A DNA stretch of 64,000 nucleotides from NCBI RefSeq assembly GCF_009914755.1, contig NC_060941.1; one strand, 5' to 3'. Below the pieces are notes generated by a model. The model was not told the origin of the DNA and made no database searches. It was given only the letters and a program-made list of their open reading frames with translations. This DNA comes from the human T2T-CHM13v2.0 reference genome, Homo sapiens. Positions 37,858 to 58,892 of this stretch are shown here, piece by piece (the stretch's first letter is position 1; each line of letters opens with the position of its first letter). A program made the position numbers and the translations under genes.

Positions 37858-37964
37858 TCACAGCTTGTCATCGGTCATCTCTAGAAACTGCGCGTAGACA
37901 TCTCGGATGCACTCCCCCTTGGGGTTGAACAGGAATTTGTAGTAGCTGCCGTCTGCACAAATTG
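37858..37964 (-). CDS. WDR45B: WDR45B last coding exon (exon 10)
   Basis: ttctatcccag|CA acceptor. Encodes (A)[34 protein letters not shown]. Confidence 0.95.
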
Positions 37965-38462
37965 CTGGGATAGAAGGAGACCATTTTACCTGTGTGTTTC
38001 TTTCCCTCAAGTTAAAAGCAACGAGTCCCACTGAGCTGAACTGCAAAGGGCCTCTTGGAGCCAGGCAGCTGCTCTGAAAGCCCTGAAAGGCCCCAGGGTC
38101 CCCACTGAATGCGTTCGGTCGGCACCGTGGCCGGGAATCCTGACGGTCTTGGGGTGAGCATCTAATCACCCGGTGTTGGCTACAGGGTTAAGAAACATTC
38201 TTGGTCATCTATACAAACATTGGAAGACCTGTCCCTGTGATTTCCTGGGGGAAACTGGAGGGATGGGGGCTGAAGACATCCCAAATGGCCGTGCAGACCG
38301 TAAGCGGGACACACTGAGCCCACAGGAGAAATAAGGGGAACTGGGCGGCCATCGGTGCCACAGCGCGGTGCTGGGACGTCCATGGGAAGTTAGGTCTGAC
38401 GCTCAGTGGATGGAGCCCAGGTGGGGCGGGTGGGGACGTTCTCTCCAGGAAGGACCACTCAC

Positions 38463-38584
38463 CAATGACGGCGTTTGGCTCTGTTCCAAAGGCACAAATG
38501 CACGGAGAGCCTGAGGGAACCTGAAACTTGGAGAAACTCCACTTGGAACTGAAGTATTTTGGAAGGAAACTGGCTGAGGCCAAA
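38463..38584 (-). CDS. WDR45B: WDR45B exon 9
   Basis: cttcacag|T ... ATTG|gtgagt. Encodes [40 protein letters not shown]. 122 nt. Confidence 0.95.
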
Positions 38585-38796
38585 CTGTGAAGACAAGAAA
38601 AGAAAGGGTGGTTCAAAGTTTACAGGAAAAAAAATCACCTGCGTAAGCTCAGAATACGCTGCTGAAAATACGAAAATCCTCCTTCATATGGTTTGAGCTT
38701 TAATGAATTTTTTTTTTGCCATGCATGACAAAGCCTGTTGTACAATTTTATTTAAAAAAAAAATTTTTTTTTTTGAGACGGAGTCTCGCTCTGTAG

Positions 38797-38934
<138 letters not shown>

Positions 38935-39234
38935 TAGTAGAGATGGGGTTTCACCATGTTAGCCAGGATGGTCTCGAACTCCTGACCTCAGGTGATCTGC
39001 CCACCTCGGCCTCCCAAAGTGCTGGGATTACAGGCATGAGCCACTGTGCCCAGCCTGCACTGATTTTTAAACCCCAACAAATATAAAATTAAATGAAAAA
39101 GATTTCAGCGCTGATAGCATATGAGGTCTGTCCACACCACCCTGCTGGGGTGGGGGGCCTGTCCCGTCCACACTGAAACACTGGGGACTCCTCTCATCCC
39201 CCGGCTTTTCCCCAGCAGGCATCCTAACACCTAC

Positions 39235-39336
39235 CTGGACTGTTTATTCCTTTTTGGATCTTCAGCTGCAAAAATATGCACTGTGCCGTGGTCGCTGGAT
39301 ACGCAGATGAGGGACGCATCCTGATTGAAGTTGATG
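39235..39336 (-). CDS. WDR45B: WDR45B exon 8
   Basis: ttttctctgcag|C ... CCAG|gtaggt. Encodes INFNQDASLICVSSDHGTVHIFAAEDPKRNKQS. 102 nt. Confidence 0.95.
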
Positions 39337-40981
39337 CTGCAGAGAAAACCAGCACAGCTCAGGCCTTGTGTGGATGTGGAGGAGTCCAGAGACTTAACCC
39401 ACAGCACTTGTCGACACTGTGGAACACCTCAACATTCCCACTCTGGAGGTGCCAATTCTGAATACTGCCCTTTCTTTAACAAGCCGACAACCATCCCCAC
39501 AGCACCACAGGTTGAAGCCACAAAGCCACAGCCACAATCCAGTGTATCACGGCAAGTTTTCCTTGGGTGCCCCACAAATGCAGCTGATGAGCTGTGTGTC
39601 TGGGAGAGGGAAGGGACTTCTTGCAGACCACACCCCCAACATGCCGCTCAGGGCTGCTCTCACAAGACTCGGGTGAGAAACACACATTCTCTCCAATGAT
39701 CCTGGCCTCAGGAAGGTGCAGGCTGCCCCTATGGAGGTCAGCTGGGCTGGGGCAGGCATTGGCCGTGTGCTGTCTGTTCTAGGAGCAGACAGGGATGTGC
39801 TATGCACACCACAAGGCCCAGGACCTCACAGATAAAGCTGCCGTATTTATAAATTAATTACATTTTCTTTCTTTTTTTTTTTTTTGAGACAGAGTCTCGC
39901 TCTCTTGCCCAGGCTAGAGCGCAGTAGCACGACCTTGGCTCACTGCAACCTCCACCTCCCAGGTTCAAGCGATCCTCCTGCCTCAGCCCTGCCTAGTAGC
40001 TGGGATTACAGGCACACGCCACCACGCCCAGCTAATTTTTGTATTTTTAGTAGAGATGGGGTTTCGCCATGCTGGCCAGGCTGGTCTCGAACTCCTGACC
40101 TCAGGTGATCCACCTGCCTCAGCCTCCCAAAGTGCTGGGATTACAGGCGGGAGCCACTGCGCCCGGCTATATTAATTACATTTTCATCTCAAAGACCCAA
40201 ATGCTGCTCAATACTAGCCAAGGGGGAGGCACCAGGCCTCCTGGCCGTGGCCACAGGGCATGAGATGCTACCCAAGTAGGGCTTCAGCACTAGACACCCG
40301 GGGGGCTGTAGGGACACCACTGTGGGGCGGCAGTGTGGCCTCTCAGACTGTAACAGGCTGGAATCAGACAAACCAACATGGTCTCCAGCATTGCCTTAAA
40401 CACAAGCCAGAGCGCTGGTGACGAGATGAAACTGGCAAAAACACCAGAAAGACTAAAAATAAACAGGGATGAACCCAAGCCCGCCAGCCAGGGCAGCAGC
40501 GAGACCCCTCTACAAAAACACAACAATTAGCCGGGCGTGGTGGTGCACAACTGTGGTCCCAGCTGCTCAGGAGGCTGAGGCAGGAGAATCGCTTGGGCCC
40601 AGGTCGAGGCTGTAGTGAGCTGTGATAGCGTCACTGCACTCCAGCCTGGGCGACAGAGCAAGACCTTCCCTCAAAATAAAAACCCCAAAAAAACAACAAA
40701 AAAAACCCACCAACAACAAAAACCATCAAATACTGATAAATGCTGAAGCAGGGTTAATTATGACATTCTTTCTACTTCTGTGTAATTTCCCACGATAAAA
40801 ACTTAAAGTTAATCACAATTTAAAAAGCTGAAACCCAACCCCCTAGCAGCCCAAGCTTCTCCCTCCTCTGGCCTTATTCGGGGGAGGGTGGCTGCTCCTA
40901 CCCCCTCTCCCAAATCCCAAAGGCCCACTTCCGTGCTGTCAGCCCGAAGTTCTTCTCCGGTGAAGTTGGAGGTGCCCTTAC

Positions 40982-41067
40982 CAGTAAATATTGGCTGCTT
41001 GAGATCCTCTTCGCAGTTCCTGGATTAAATGCCCTGATGAAGTATCAAATATTCTTATAAGCGTCCC
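40982..41067 (-). CDS. WDR45B: WDR45B exon 7 (LRRG phosphoinositide-binding motif)
   Basis: tttttcaaag|GGG ... ACTG|gtaagg. Encodes [28 protein letters not shown], containing the PROPPIN F/LRRG motif. 86 nt. Confidence 0.95.
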
Positions 41068-42253
41068 CTTTGAAAAACAGTGAAGTGTTTCATTATCAAA
41101 GATTCAAAACTTTTTCGTTAGTTTTTGAAATGACTCACATTCACAAATCCATTAGTCCACACAAGCCTTTCTCAAACTCACCCACATCATCTACTACTTA
41201 ACTTTCTCCTCCAACTGCCAGCACACAGTTGTGCCCCTGAGAACGAGTTGGTTGGTGGCTCCTGGTCCCACGGCACTGGGCACAAGTCAAGAGAGGCTTC
41301 CAGAGACAACCTCCTGACCGGGCAGGGTGGACTGACCCTGGATGCCCGCATCCCTGGCTGAGACCCAGGAGGAACACCCAGGCCCAGGCTCCCTGCTCCT
41401 GCTACACAGGGAGCTCATCTGAGAAGCACTGTCCGAATCCTAAGTCCCTCAGATAGCTAGGAAAAGCAGCACGGGAATCCGGCCATCAAAAAGGTGAGGC
41501 AAAAAAAAAAAAATAAAAGGACTTAAACCCATCCATGTCAGCTATGCTGGCTTTCCCAAGAAAGAGGTGCCCAAGACCTCAGGGAAGTTTTTAACATCTC
41601 CTCCAGAACGAGGAGGACTCTTCAGCTGATTCTGACAGCTGGGAAAACGAGAACTGCTGCATCTTTTGTCAAACACTCTGACAACATCCAACAAAAAATC
41701 TTTATATCCTTCAACCCAGCAGCCCCTACTCCTGGGGGTGCAGTAAGGAGCCAGCTTGTGGGGGACAAGGCAGGAGCAGCCTCACGGGGTGACTGCCGAC
41801 AGCACGGGATGGGTCACAGATGTTGCAAGGCTCTGCGTAATCCCATCTACCTGGCTAACCCGGAGGGCACCGCTGAGGCTAAGAAAGCAGGAAGCAGAGA
41901 AGCATCCACATTTGTAACGGGGATTCTATCTAAAGAAGAAAAGTTGCAGGGAGTGGGGATGGAGAATCTAAAGATAAAAAGGGTAAGAAAAAATGTACCA
42001 AAAATACAGAGGAACCGCATTTCTAATTCATACAAAATTATATCTATTTTGTTGCTAATATGATACCATTCTAAAAAATACTACCTAAAGGGCTGGGTGC
42101 GGTGGCTCACGCCTGTAATCCCAGCACTTTGGGAGGCTGAGGCGGGTGGATCACCTGAGGTCGGGAGTTCCAAGCCAGCCTGACCAACATGGTGAAACCT
42201 CGTCTCTACTAAAAATACAAACATTAGCCAGGCATGGCGGTGGGTGCCTGTCA

Positions 42254-42412
<159 letters not shown>

Positions 42413-42851
42413 CTAAACCTGTTCTCAGCTGAGTCCCAGGAGTGAGCGGGACACGCCCCAAACCGCGTGTCCCCACGTGCTGAGGAGTGACCCTGGCACT
42501 GGCACCGCGTGAAAGGGTAGGAGCAGGGCCGCACTGAACCTCAGTGCACTGTGCCCACAAACGGATACCATCACCGGCTTGCGGTCTCACCTCCTTAACA
42601 ATTTATAATTTCCTACAAAGTAACACCGGGTTTGCAGTCTTCAATGAAAACTATAGTACAAGATACCAATTTTCTTTGTAAAAATCTGAATTCAGGCAAA
42701 AAGAAGTATAAAGAACCCCAGATTTAAAATTATTTTAAAAAATTAACAGTTCTTCTGACCTCGCAAATCAAAGGACAATGTGTCCAATACGTCAATATTT
42801 TCAGTTACAATCTGGTGGTAATTCAATGAAGACACGTTACTAAGCAGGTAA

Positions 42852-43331
<480 letters not shown>

Positions 43332-43546
43332 TAAATAATTAGAAATAAAACCAGTCCCTGGGCACAAGACGACCTGTGAAGACTTCAACCTGTCTGATGA
43401 CATGACCAGCCAGGTCCACAGGCCCCTGAGGGGCTCCAGGTTGGGGCAGGCCCACTGCCTTTTGAGTCTTGATACAGGGAATGGCCATTTTGCTGAGCCT
43501 GCTGCTCCAGGAGGCACAACACCAACAAGGTGAGTGGCACACTTAC

Positions 43547-43737
43547 TTTCTCGGATGCAGTTGCAATTCTTGTTCCCTGCAGGTTGAGTGCAATGCAGCT
43601 CAGGACACCCTCGTGTGCAGGAATGTCCACGGGTGGCTTCTCCGTGCTGGCCAGGTCCACAAGCTGCACATGGCCCGTGTGCGTGCCCGGAAAGGCCAGG
43701 AGGGAGTTGTTACTATTGGGACAAAGGACACAGAGGC
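43547..43737 (-). CDS. WDR45B: WDR45B exon 6
   Basis: tctccacgcag|GC ... GAAA|gtaagt. Encodes LCVLCPNSNNSLLAFPGTHTGHVQLVDLASTEKPPVDIPAHEGVLSCIALNLQGTRIATASEK. 191 nt. Confidence 0.95.
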
Positions 43738-43962
43738 CTGCGTGGAGACAGAGGACACCAATCAAGAACTGCCTTTGATTTCTCACAGCCAAAGTCCACT
43801 TTCTGCCCCCAAAGTTCTCCGAAAAAATAGATGTATATCATTTATAAATATCAGAACCACAAATTCAATTTAAAGATTTTTCATTGTAAATAAAGAGTAT
43901 GAGAGGGCTAAGCAAAGCTACCTCGCATGAGACCTCCTCATAATCAAGACATCTGCTGAACA

Positions 43963-44081
43963 ACTTTACCAACTGTCCATCCATCATGGTACGCGCTACC
44001 GAAAATGCAATGCAAAATTAACGACTTTACCAACTGTCCGTCCGTCAGGGTACACGCCACCGAAAATGCAATGCAAAATTA
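43963..44081. repeat. 61-bp tandem duplication (x2)
   Basis: actttaccaactgtcc...ccgaaaatgcaatgcaaaatta at 43963 and 44024. Confidence 0.9.
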
Positions 44082-44109
44082 TAAAATTTAAAAGCTGCTC
44101 CATCAGCAA

Positions 44110-46150
<2,041 letters not shown>

Positions 46151-46165
46151 AAACCTGAGGGTTGA

Positions 46166-46435
<270 letters not shown>

Positions 46436-46585
46436 TGATCCGCCCGCCTTGGCCTCCTAAAGTGCTGGGATTACAGGCGTGAGCCACTGCGCCCGGCCGA
46501 TTGTTCTGTCTTGACTGTGACGGTGGCTACACAACTGTTTACAATGACGGAAATTTATTGAAGTTTTTTTTTTTTTTTGAGATAG

Positions 46586-46765
<180 letters not shown>

Positions 46766-46782
46766 TAGCCAGGATGGTCTTA

Positions 46783-46872
<90 letters not shown>

Positions 46873-47330
46873 TTAAAACGAGTCAGTTTTTTGTAAATTT
46901 TACCCTAACAAAGCCAGAGGCAAAACCCCCAATATAAAAAGATATGAAGATGGTACAATAAATGACAAAGTCAAACACAATCAATCCTCCAATTCAGAAG
47001 ACAAGGGAAGGAAAGGCTTGAGTCCAGAACTCAGTGGCTCCCGAAGTGGTGAAAACATAGGTTCCTGGTTCACTGTGGAGGTTCTGAGAGCCCATAGTCA
47101 CTGGGTGGGAGGGGACAGGGGCCCCCACTCTGTGACTCTGGTCAGAAGGTAGTTTGGGGATGCTGAGCTGTGGGTCCTGGAAGGTCCATCTCCTCTGGAG
47201 GCCCCTCTGTGCTCAGGATTGCTCTCGCCAAGCACTTTGCTCAGAGACCTGCTTGGAGAAGGGAGTGCCCAGCACAGGCATCTCCATGTGGACCCATTTC
47301 CCATCGCCACCCGTCTGCTCAATCTCTCAC

Positions 47331-47425
47331 CTTTGGGGTTATAGCAGGTTTCGAAGACGTGCAACTGATGGGGATTGTGTGTGAATGTGAACACCTTAAT
47401 CATGGAGTCCAAAACCACCACAATT
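47331..47425 (-). CDS. WDR45B: WDR45B exon 5
   Basis: tttctttccag|A ... AAAG|gtgaga. Encodes [31 protein letters not shown]. 95 nt. Confidence 0.95.
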
Positions 47426-48260
47426 CTGGAAAGAAAAACATGATCAGAGTTGCTTTCCTCAAGAGTCAAACCCAAACATTTTATGCTCCTGTTCTTATCA
47501 TACTGAAACTGAGAAACACTGAAAATACCACACAGAAAAGGAGTGTTCCTGAAGAAAAAGCTCTGGAGGCAGGTAGCCAGCGCCAGGCCTGGAGCTCGGC
47601 GAGTGCACGTGGGCTGGCTCTGCTGAGGGAGTGCTTCTCGCCTGGGTGAAGGTCAGCCTAAGAGACGTCTCTGAGGTTCAGAGAGACATCATCAAACACT
47701 CCATCTAGGTTCAGAACCGAGCAAAACAGACAGAAGTGATATTTTTATGCTACTGTGTCTGGAAAAAATAAGAAAAGTCTGAAAGTAGAATATCCTCGAT
47801 CTGGCTCAAGCGTTTGCATTATTATTATTATTACTTTTTTTTTATAGATGGAGTCTCACTCTGTCGCTCAGGCTGGAGTGCAGTGGCACAACCTCAGCTC
47901 ACTGCAACCTCCACCTCGAGTTCAAGCGATTCTCCTGCCTCAGCCTCCTGAGTAGGTGGGATTACAGGCGTGCACCACCATGCCCAGCTAATTTTTGTAT
48001 TTTTAGTAGAGATGGGGTTTCACTAGGTTGGCCAGGCTGGTCTCTAACTCCTGACCTTGTGATCCGCCTGCCTCAGCCTCCCAAAGTGCTGGGATTACAG
48101 GCATGAGCCACGGTGCCCGGCCACATTTGCATTACTAAGGGCCTTTAAATATTGACGTTATTAAAATGACAAACCCACACAAAAATGCAGGAAAGTTGGC
48201 CGGGCGCAGTGGCTCACACCTGTAATCCCAGCACTTTGGGAGGCTGAGGCGGGTGGATCA

Positions 48261-48602
<342 letters not shown>

Positions 48603-49148
48603 TCATATTAAATAAAAACCCAAATGAACGAACTCTGCGCTATCTTGCTCAACGTACTAGGACAAACTTCCATATTCCCCCTAAACGCCCCTGAGGCCAT
48701 GGCTGACAGAACCACCTGCTACTTTCAACACAGAAAATTCAATTTTCCTTTACCTTCAAACCGAAAACCTTTATTGAGAGGCAGCATTTGGCAAAGCAGG
48801 GGCTAAAAGCCCAGGGTAATTCAAGGCTCAAAACTCATGTCCTCAGCTCTGCACATGTCGGAATGGGACATAACTCACCACGGTGAGACCCACTGGCTGG
48901 TCCACTGTGGCGCACGTCATCCACGCCACCACCTACTTACCTCCAGCGGAGCCCTGGAAACAAACACAATTCGCTGCCTTTCTTGCAGCAATATAAATAA
49001 TCCTTATATCCTTATGGTCATAAAAACCAGGACCAACATTTTAATACATCATTTCCTAAACATTTTTCTGCCAAAAATAGAAAAGTATTTCAGCCATCTT
49101 TAGAGAAAGTGAAATACCACTTTAAAAAATTACTGACACCAAACCCAC

Positions 49149-49236
49149 CTATCTCGCCGCAGCTTGACTGCCTTGACTTCTGTAGAAAATTCTATTTCAA
49201 TAACAGTCTTCTTCTTCAGGTCATCCCAGATCATTA
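49149..49236 (-). CDS. WDR45B: WDR45B exon 4
   Basis: atatttcag|TA ... ATAG|gtgggt. Encodes [28 protein letters not shown]. 88 nt. Confidence 0.95.
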
Positions 49237-49488
49237 CTGAAATATCAGAAAGAAAAGATGAATGCAGTCATCAGCAGGCCATGGCGCTGGGATGCAGCGA
49301 TGCCAGCTTGGCGCCTAAGGTGTTTTCTCTTCCCACTGGCACAGCTGCGCCCACCCTCAGGCCTCAGACACACACCCGCACCTGGGAGGCCTTGGGGTGT
49401 AACTCAAACCGTGAGCTGTGCCAGGGATCCGCCCTCGGGCACCTTCCCCACTCAAAGCGTCTCCCCTTCTTGGTAGCTGGCTGCCCAC

Positions 49489-49727
49489 TTGCTCCCTCCC
49501 CGCCCATTCCTCTCTCAGTGTGCACAGCCCGGTCCTGTTCTCAGGTGACCCACTCACTGGCCTCACACACAGGCACGCTAAGCGCATTCATCTCTCTCTG
49601 CCAACCATTGCTCCCTCCCCGTCCGTTCCTCTCTCAGTGCGCACAGCCCGGTCCCGGTCTCAGGCGACCCACTGGCCTCGCACACAGGCGCGCTGAGCGC
49701 GTTCATCTCTCTCTGCCAACCCTTGCC
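49489..49727. repeat. ~119-bp tandem duplication (x2)
   Basis: ttgctccctccccg...catctctctctgccaacc at 49489 and 49608. Confidence 0.9.
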
Positions 49728-49830
49728 CTTGCCTGGTTACGTTCCTCTCCCTGACCTTCCTTGATTCCACCCGACTGAGCCCATAGGCAAGCCTGACCAT
49801 AGGTACTGATGTTAAAAGTGCTGCAAATAA

Positions 49831-50169
<339 letters not shown>

Positions 50170-52865
50170 TGAAGTGATCTGCCCACCTCAACTTCCCAAA
50201 GTGCTAGGACTGCACGTGTGAGCCACTGCACCCAGCCCCTGCTCCTTTTTAAGTTCAAAATTTCTTCTGTCTTGTTTGCCTGCTAACATTGCAACATTCT
50301 ATTAGCATAAATTAGCAGTTTGTGTTCTAAGGGCTAATGTACCGACAAGCTTTAGGGATGAGAATGCCAACCAGCACCGTGCTTTTGAAGAACCACAGGA
50401 GGGATGGGTGCGGTGGCTCACGCCTGTAATCCCAGCACTTTGGGAGGCTGGGGTGTGAGATCGCTTGAGGCCAAGAGTTCAAGACCAGCCTGGGCAACAT
50501 AGTGAGACTCCCATTTCTGAAAAAAAAAGTTATTAAAAATTAGTCACAGCTACTCAGGTAGAGTCCAGGAGTCTGAGGCTGCAGTGAGCTATGATCACCC
50601 CACTGCACTCCAAGCTGGGCAACAGAGGGAGACCCTGTCTCAAAAAAACACACAAAAAACACAGCTGGGTGTGATGGCTCACACCTGTAATCCCAGCGCT
50701 TTGGGAGGCAGAGGCAGGCGGATCAATGGAGCTCAGGAGTTTGAGACCAGCGTGGGCAACATGTGGAAACGCCGTCTCTACTAAAAACACAAAAGGTAGC
50801 CGGGTGTGGTGGGTGCTCCGGTACTCCCAGCTACTCGGGAGGCTGAGGCGGAAGGATCACCTGAGCCTGGGGAGGTAGAAGCTGCAGTGAGCCAGGACTG
50901 CGCAACTGCATTCCAGCCTGGGCAACACAGTGAGACCCTGTCTCAAAACTAAATAAATAAAAATCAAGTTTACTAGTAAAAAAAAGTACCTTTAAACGCT
51001 ACAAAAAGTACATTTACTCAAAAACCTGCTGAATACTGCTTTCTTCTAAGTCTGTGAAGTTTCTAAGGCTTTTTCACCTCTTAGAAACTTTATAATGAGA
51101 ATGAGACCTGAGATTATCTCATACAAATGGCTCCCTTGTTAGCACCTGGGGTCCCCCAGCAGTGCCAGAGGTAGGGCAAGGGAGGCGGCCCTCTAGGCCT
51201 CCTGACTTCCATCTATAAGCTTCCTTTCCTCCTTAATGGTCAATGAAGTTCTCCATGACAAGACACAGACCAATTCACCAGCAGGATTTCTGCCCATCCC
51301 CAATTAGCCAGGGCAAAGTCATTCTCCTGCAAATCCTGCCCTGCTCTCTCTGTGGAACCTCCGCTGTCCCTTCTGGGTGGGCTCCTCCAGAGGACTCACA
51401 AGCCACAGGCCTCTGCCCCTCTGGGCTATGCTAGCAGCCACTCTCAACTCTGCTTTAAAGCTGGCACAGACAAACCTTGTGAGATTACAGAACCGCTCAA
51501 AGGCCAAGATCTCAAGCCCTGTCTTCCACTGTTTTTCCTACCGATAATCTCTTCCCATTTCATTTCTCTGTTCCTAATTCCAAAACAAAAATAAATGTAT
51601 CAGGCAGGGCCAGTCCTCACCCGAGTGTGGTCTCTCTTCCGCACATTCACGTTCACGCAGTTCACGGGGCTCTGCTGAGAACTGTGAGCTGGGCCCCAAA
51701 GCTTGTCACGAGTCATCTGGAACCTTCTGCCTTTCCACACAATCCTTTTGTGCCTGATCTGACCTGGGCTATTCTATTCCTAAGTACGTGATATCACCCA
51801 GATCCTAGTTCACCCACTCACTTCCCATTTGGCATGCGGCGCCCCCAGAGCCCCATCCTGGTCTTGATTCTGAACTGCCTCCCTCACTGAGCCTCTCCTT
51901 CCCTCCTCACCTCCTCCCACCCTACCCACCCACCACTGGGCTCCCACTCAGTCATCCTCTGAGACCACCGGTGGCCTTCAATGTCACCAGAACCAGATGG
52001 CTTTTCTCAGGCCTCCTCCCGCCTGGCACTGGGCTCAGACGAGGATGCTTGCTCCACTTTTCCTGCCTCTCCCCATAAACGGGGGCTTCCCACACCTGCC
52101 CCATCCTCTGGTGTCTCTTCACTCACCTCATGCACTGCATCTAGACCAGAACTTTCCCAAAACACAGATCTGACGGCATCTCCTTCCTGGCCACACGTTA
52201 CCTGGCATTCAAGCCTCCCCCAGATCTGCCTCCCACCTCCCCCACCCAGCCTACCTCCCGCCTCCCACCTCTTCCCTGTGTTCTGCCCTCCATTCCTGGA
52301 TCTTTCGCCTTGAGCCCTCTTTCCTCAACCAACAGCGAGGTTAAGCTGGCACGAGGCACACGGCTGTCAGGAAAGCTATCTACTCCTCCCTCTACTTAAA
52401 AGGGCCAGAGCTCTTACGCCACATCATCTGCATACACACACGTACTCCCACTCCGACAAACATATCCCGAAACCCAGAGCCCAAGTGGTGTTTTGTTCCA
52501 CGTGGCTATGAAACTAATGTTCCTTTAAGTCAATGGCTCTCTGTAAGAAAAAAAATCCTTCTACCTTGCTTTAAAATGAATTCATGACATTTACGATGTC
52601 AACCTAAGGTGCAGCAGGCCCGTTTTCCGTTTACTGACTGAAAAGCACGTGTTCTATGACAATGCAAGCGAGTGATGCTCTTTAGGTGCTCCATCTGGGA
52701 ATAGAGACCTGGTGCCCTCTTCGCCTGCTTCCTCCCCAGTGACCAGTCCTGGATATTTCACAGAACTACTAGGGAAAATCACACATGGCCACAAACATAA
52801 ACGCATTCAAAAAAAGACTGGGTGGGACACGGGAGGCATGATTCTTCAATACACAATTACAGTAC

Positions 52866-52967
52866 CTTTGTTGGGAGGGTATTTCGGCTTTTTTCCACCA
52901 CCAACTAAAGCTAAATAGTTGCAGCGAAATAACATTTCAACATGGCCAACTCCTCCTTCTAGAAATT
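52866..52967 (-). CDS. WDR45B: WDR45B exon 3
   Basis: catttcag|AA ... AAAG|gtactg. Encodes (E)[33 protein letters not shown]. 102 nt. Exons 1-2 lie beyond the window end. Confidence 0.95.
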
Positions 52968-53122
52968 CTGAAATGATAGTTTTAAAAAGACCAATGTTAC
53001 AAGTTAATATGTATATTTTACAATAAAAAAGAAAAGAGAAAGTCAAGACAGGTAACGCAGCAATTTTCTATTTTTTGTAAGAGACAAGATCTCACTGTGT
53101 TGCCCAGGCTGGAATGCAGTAG

Positions 53123-53245
<123 letters not shown>

Positions 53246-53278
53246 TGAGATGGAGTCTTGCTCTGTCACCCAGGCTAG

Positions 53279-53743
<465 letters not shown>

Positions 53744-54086
53744 TAGCCGGGATGGTCTCGATCTCCTGACCTCGTGATCCGCCCGCCTCGGCCTCCCAAA
53801 GTGCTGGGATTACAGGCGTGAGCCACCGCGCCCGGCCAGGACTCATTTTTAATCAGCAATTTATATCTAACTATCATCAGAAATGAGAAAGGTGACTGGC
53901 TAAAAAAATAGTGAGTGCTAGGTTTCCAAATTCTCTCAGTTTACTGTCATCATGTTCACTGTTTCATAAAGGCTGAGCACACAACACCCTAGGAAGCTAA
54001 CTCAGCAAAATGTATGAAATACTTGAATTCACATTTCAAGAGGTGGCAAAACCTGTCAACTCCAAGACAGCATACTAAAAGCTTTA

Positions 54087-54380
<294 letters not shown>

Positions 54381-55125
54381 TTAATGCAAAAGCTGAGTGA
54401 CTTTTATCATTTCCTTTTTTTTTAAGAAACAGGGTCTTGCTGTGTTGCTCAGGCTTGAGTGCAGTGAAGTGATCACAGCTCACTACAGCCTCAAACTCCC
54501 GGGCTCAAGGACTCCTCCTGCTTCAGCCTCCCGAGTAGCTGGGACTACAGGCACACATCACCGCGCCTGGTTAATTTTTTCAGAAAAGTTTTTGTAGAGG
54601 CGAGGTCATACTGTATTGCCCAGGCTGGTCGTGAACTCCTGGTCTCAAACAATCCTGCCATCTCAGCCTCCCAAAATGCTGGGATTGTAAGTGTGAGCCA
54701 CCGAAGTCTGAAATGCTCCCAACTGTTCATGAATTACGTAAGAGGAAAATGTCCACAAATTTTCAGAGGTCTTCCATGACAAAAGGATGACCAATGCTCT
54801 CTGAGGGGAGCAACAGGGGCACACTGATGAGAAACTCCCACGTTCTGCATGGTTCACGTAACTCAGGAGGACCATCCACCCACCCACTTCTGTGTCTGCA
54901 ATGACCATGAGCTCTATCTCTCCAGTCACAGCTGCACGAAATGACTCAAAAGTTCCTCAGCTCGATCTTCGAGATATTTAAAATTCAAGGCAGCCGGGCA
55001 CAGTGGCTCACATCTGTAATCCCAGCACTTTGGCAGGCAGAGGTGGGAGGACTGCTTGAGCCCAAGAGTTCAAGGCCATCCTGGGCAACATAAGGAAATC
55101 CCTTCTCTACCAAAAATAAAAATTA

Positions 55126-57430
<2,305 letters not shown>

Positions 57431-57696
57431 TTTTTAAAAAATGCTGCCACTGAAGACCTTCTCTGCCCCAGGTGTCAGAAGTGTAACTATTTCCTCAATG
57501 TAGGTTCAGTAAGTTTTAGAAACACATCTGAGTGACCTGAGAATTATGTCAAGGTCACTAATGTACTCTTCAAACACTATTTAACCGAGAGACAATGTTT
57601 AGCCCTTTTATAAACTACATGATCTTAGGCTTATTAATAAAGTTATTAATGCTTGATTATATCATAAGTCTTTTCAGGTTTTTTTTTTTTTTTTGA

Positions 57697-58020
<324 letters not shown>

Positions 58021-58178
58021 TGATTCTAGCTAATGGTTAAGTAAAGAAATGTTGGCTGGGTGCAGGGGCTGACACCTATAATCTCAGCACTCTGGGAGGC
58101 CAGGCCGAGGCAGGTGGATCCCTCAGGTCGGGAGTTCAAGACCAGCGCGACCAACATGGAAAACCCCCGTCTCTACTA

Positions 58179-58544
<366 letters not shown>

Positions 58545-58892
58545 TCAGTCACAGGCACAGTTAGCTATGCGGTCTCTGGGTTTTAAAAATGGAAAGAAAA
58601 AAAAGAAAAACAGATTTTTCAGAATCAAGTGAAGAGGCAGAGAAGGAGAGTTAAGGCCTTTCCTGGAATGAGAAGTAATCAAAGGTAAGAGCCAAACTTC
58701 AGGAATTAGAGAGGACTTCTAAACCCCACCAAAGAGATTCTCCCATAATACCTGACCCCCACCTCCTGCAGCTGAAGAGGGGGAAAGGGTCTCCCCACAG
58801 AAAGACCAGGGTTACATTCAGAGCTTTCTATGTTCCAGATCCCAAGGGCTGGTACTGAAATATTACAAAGGATATTCGTTGTTACAGAAAAA

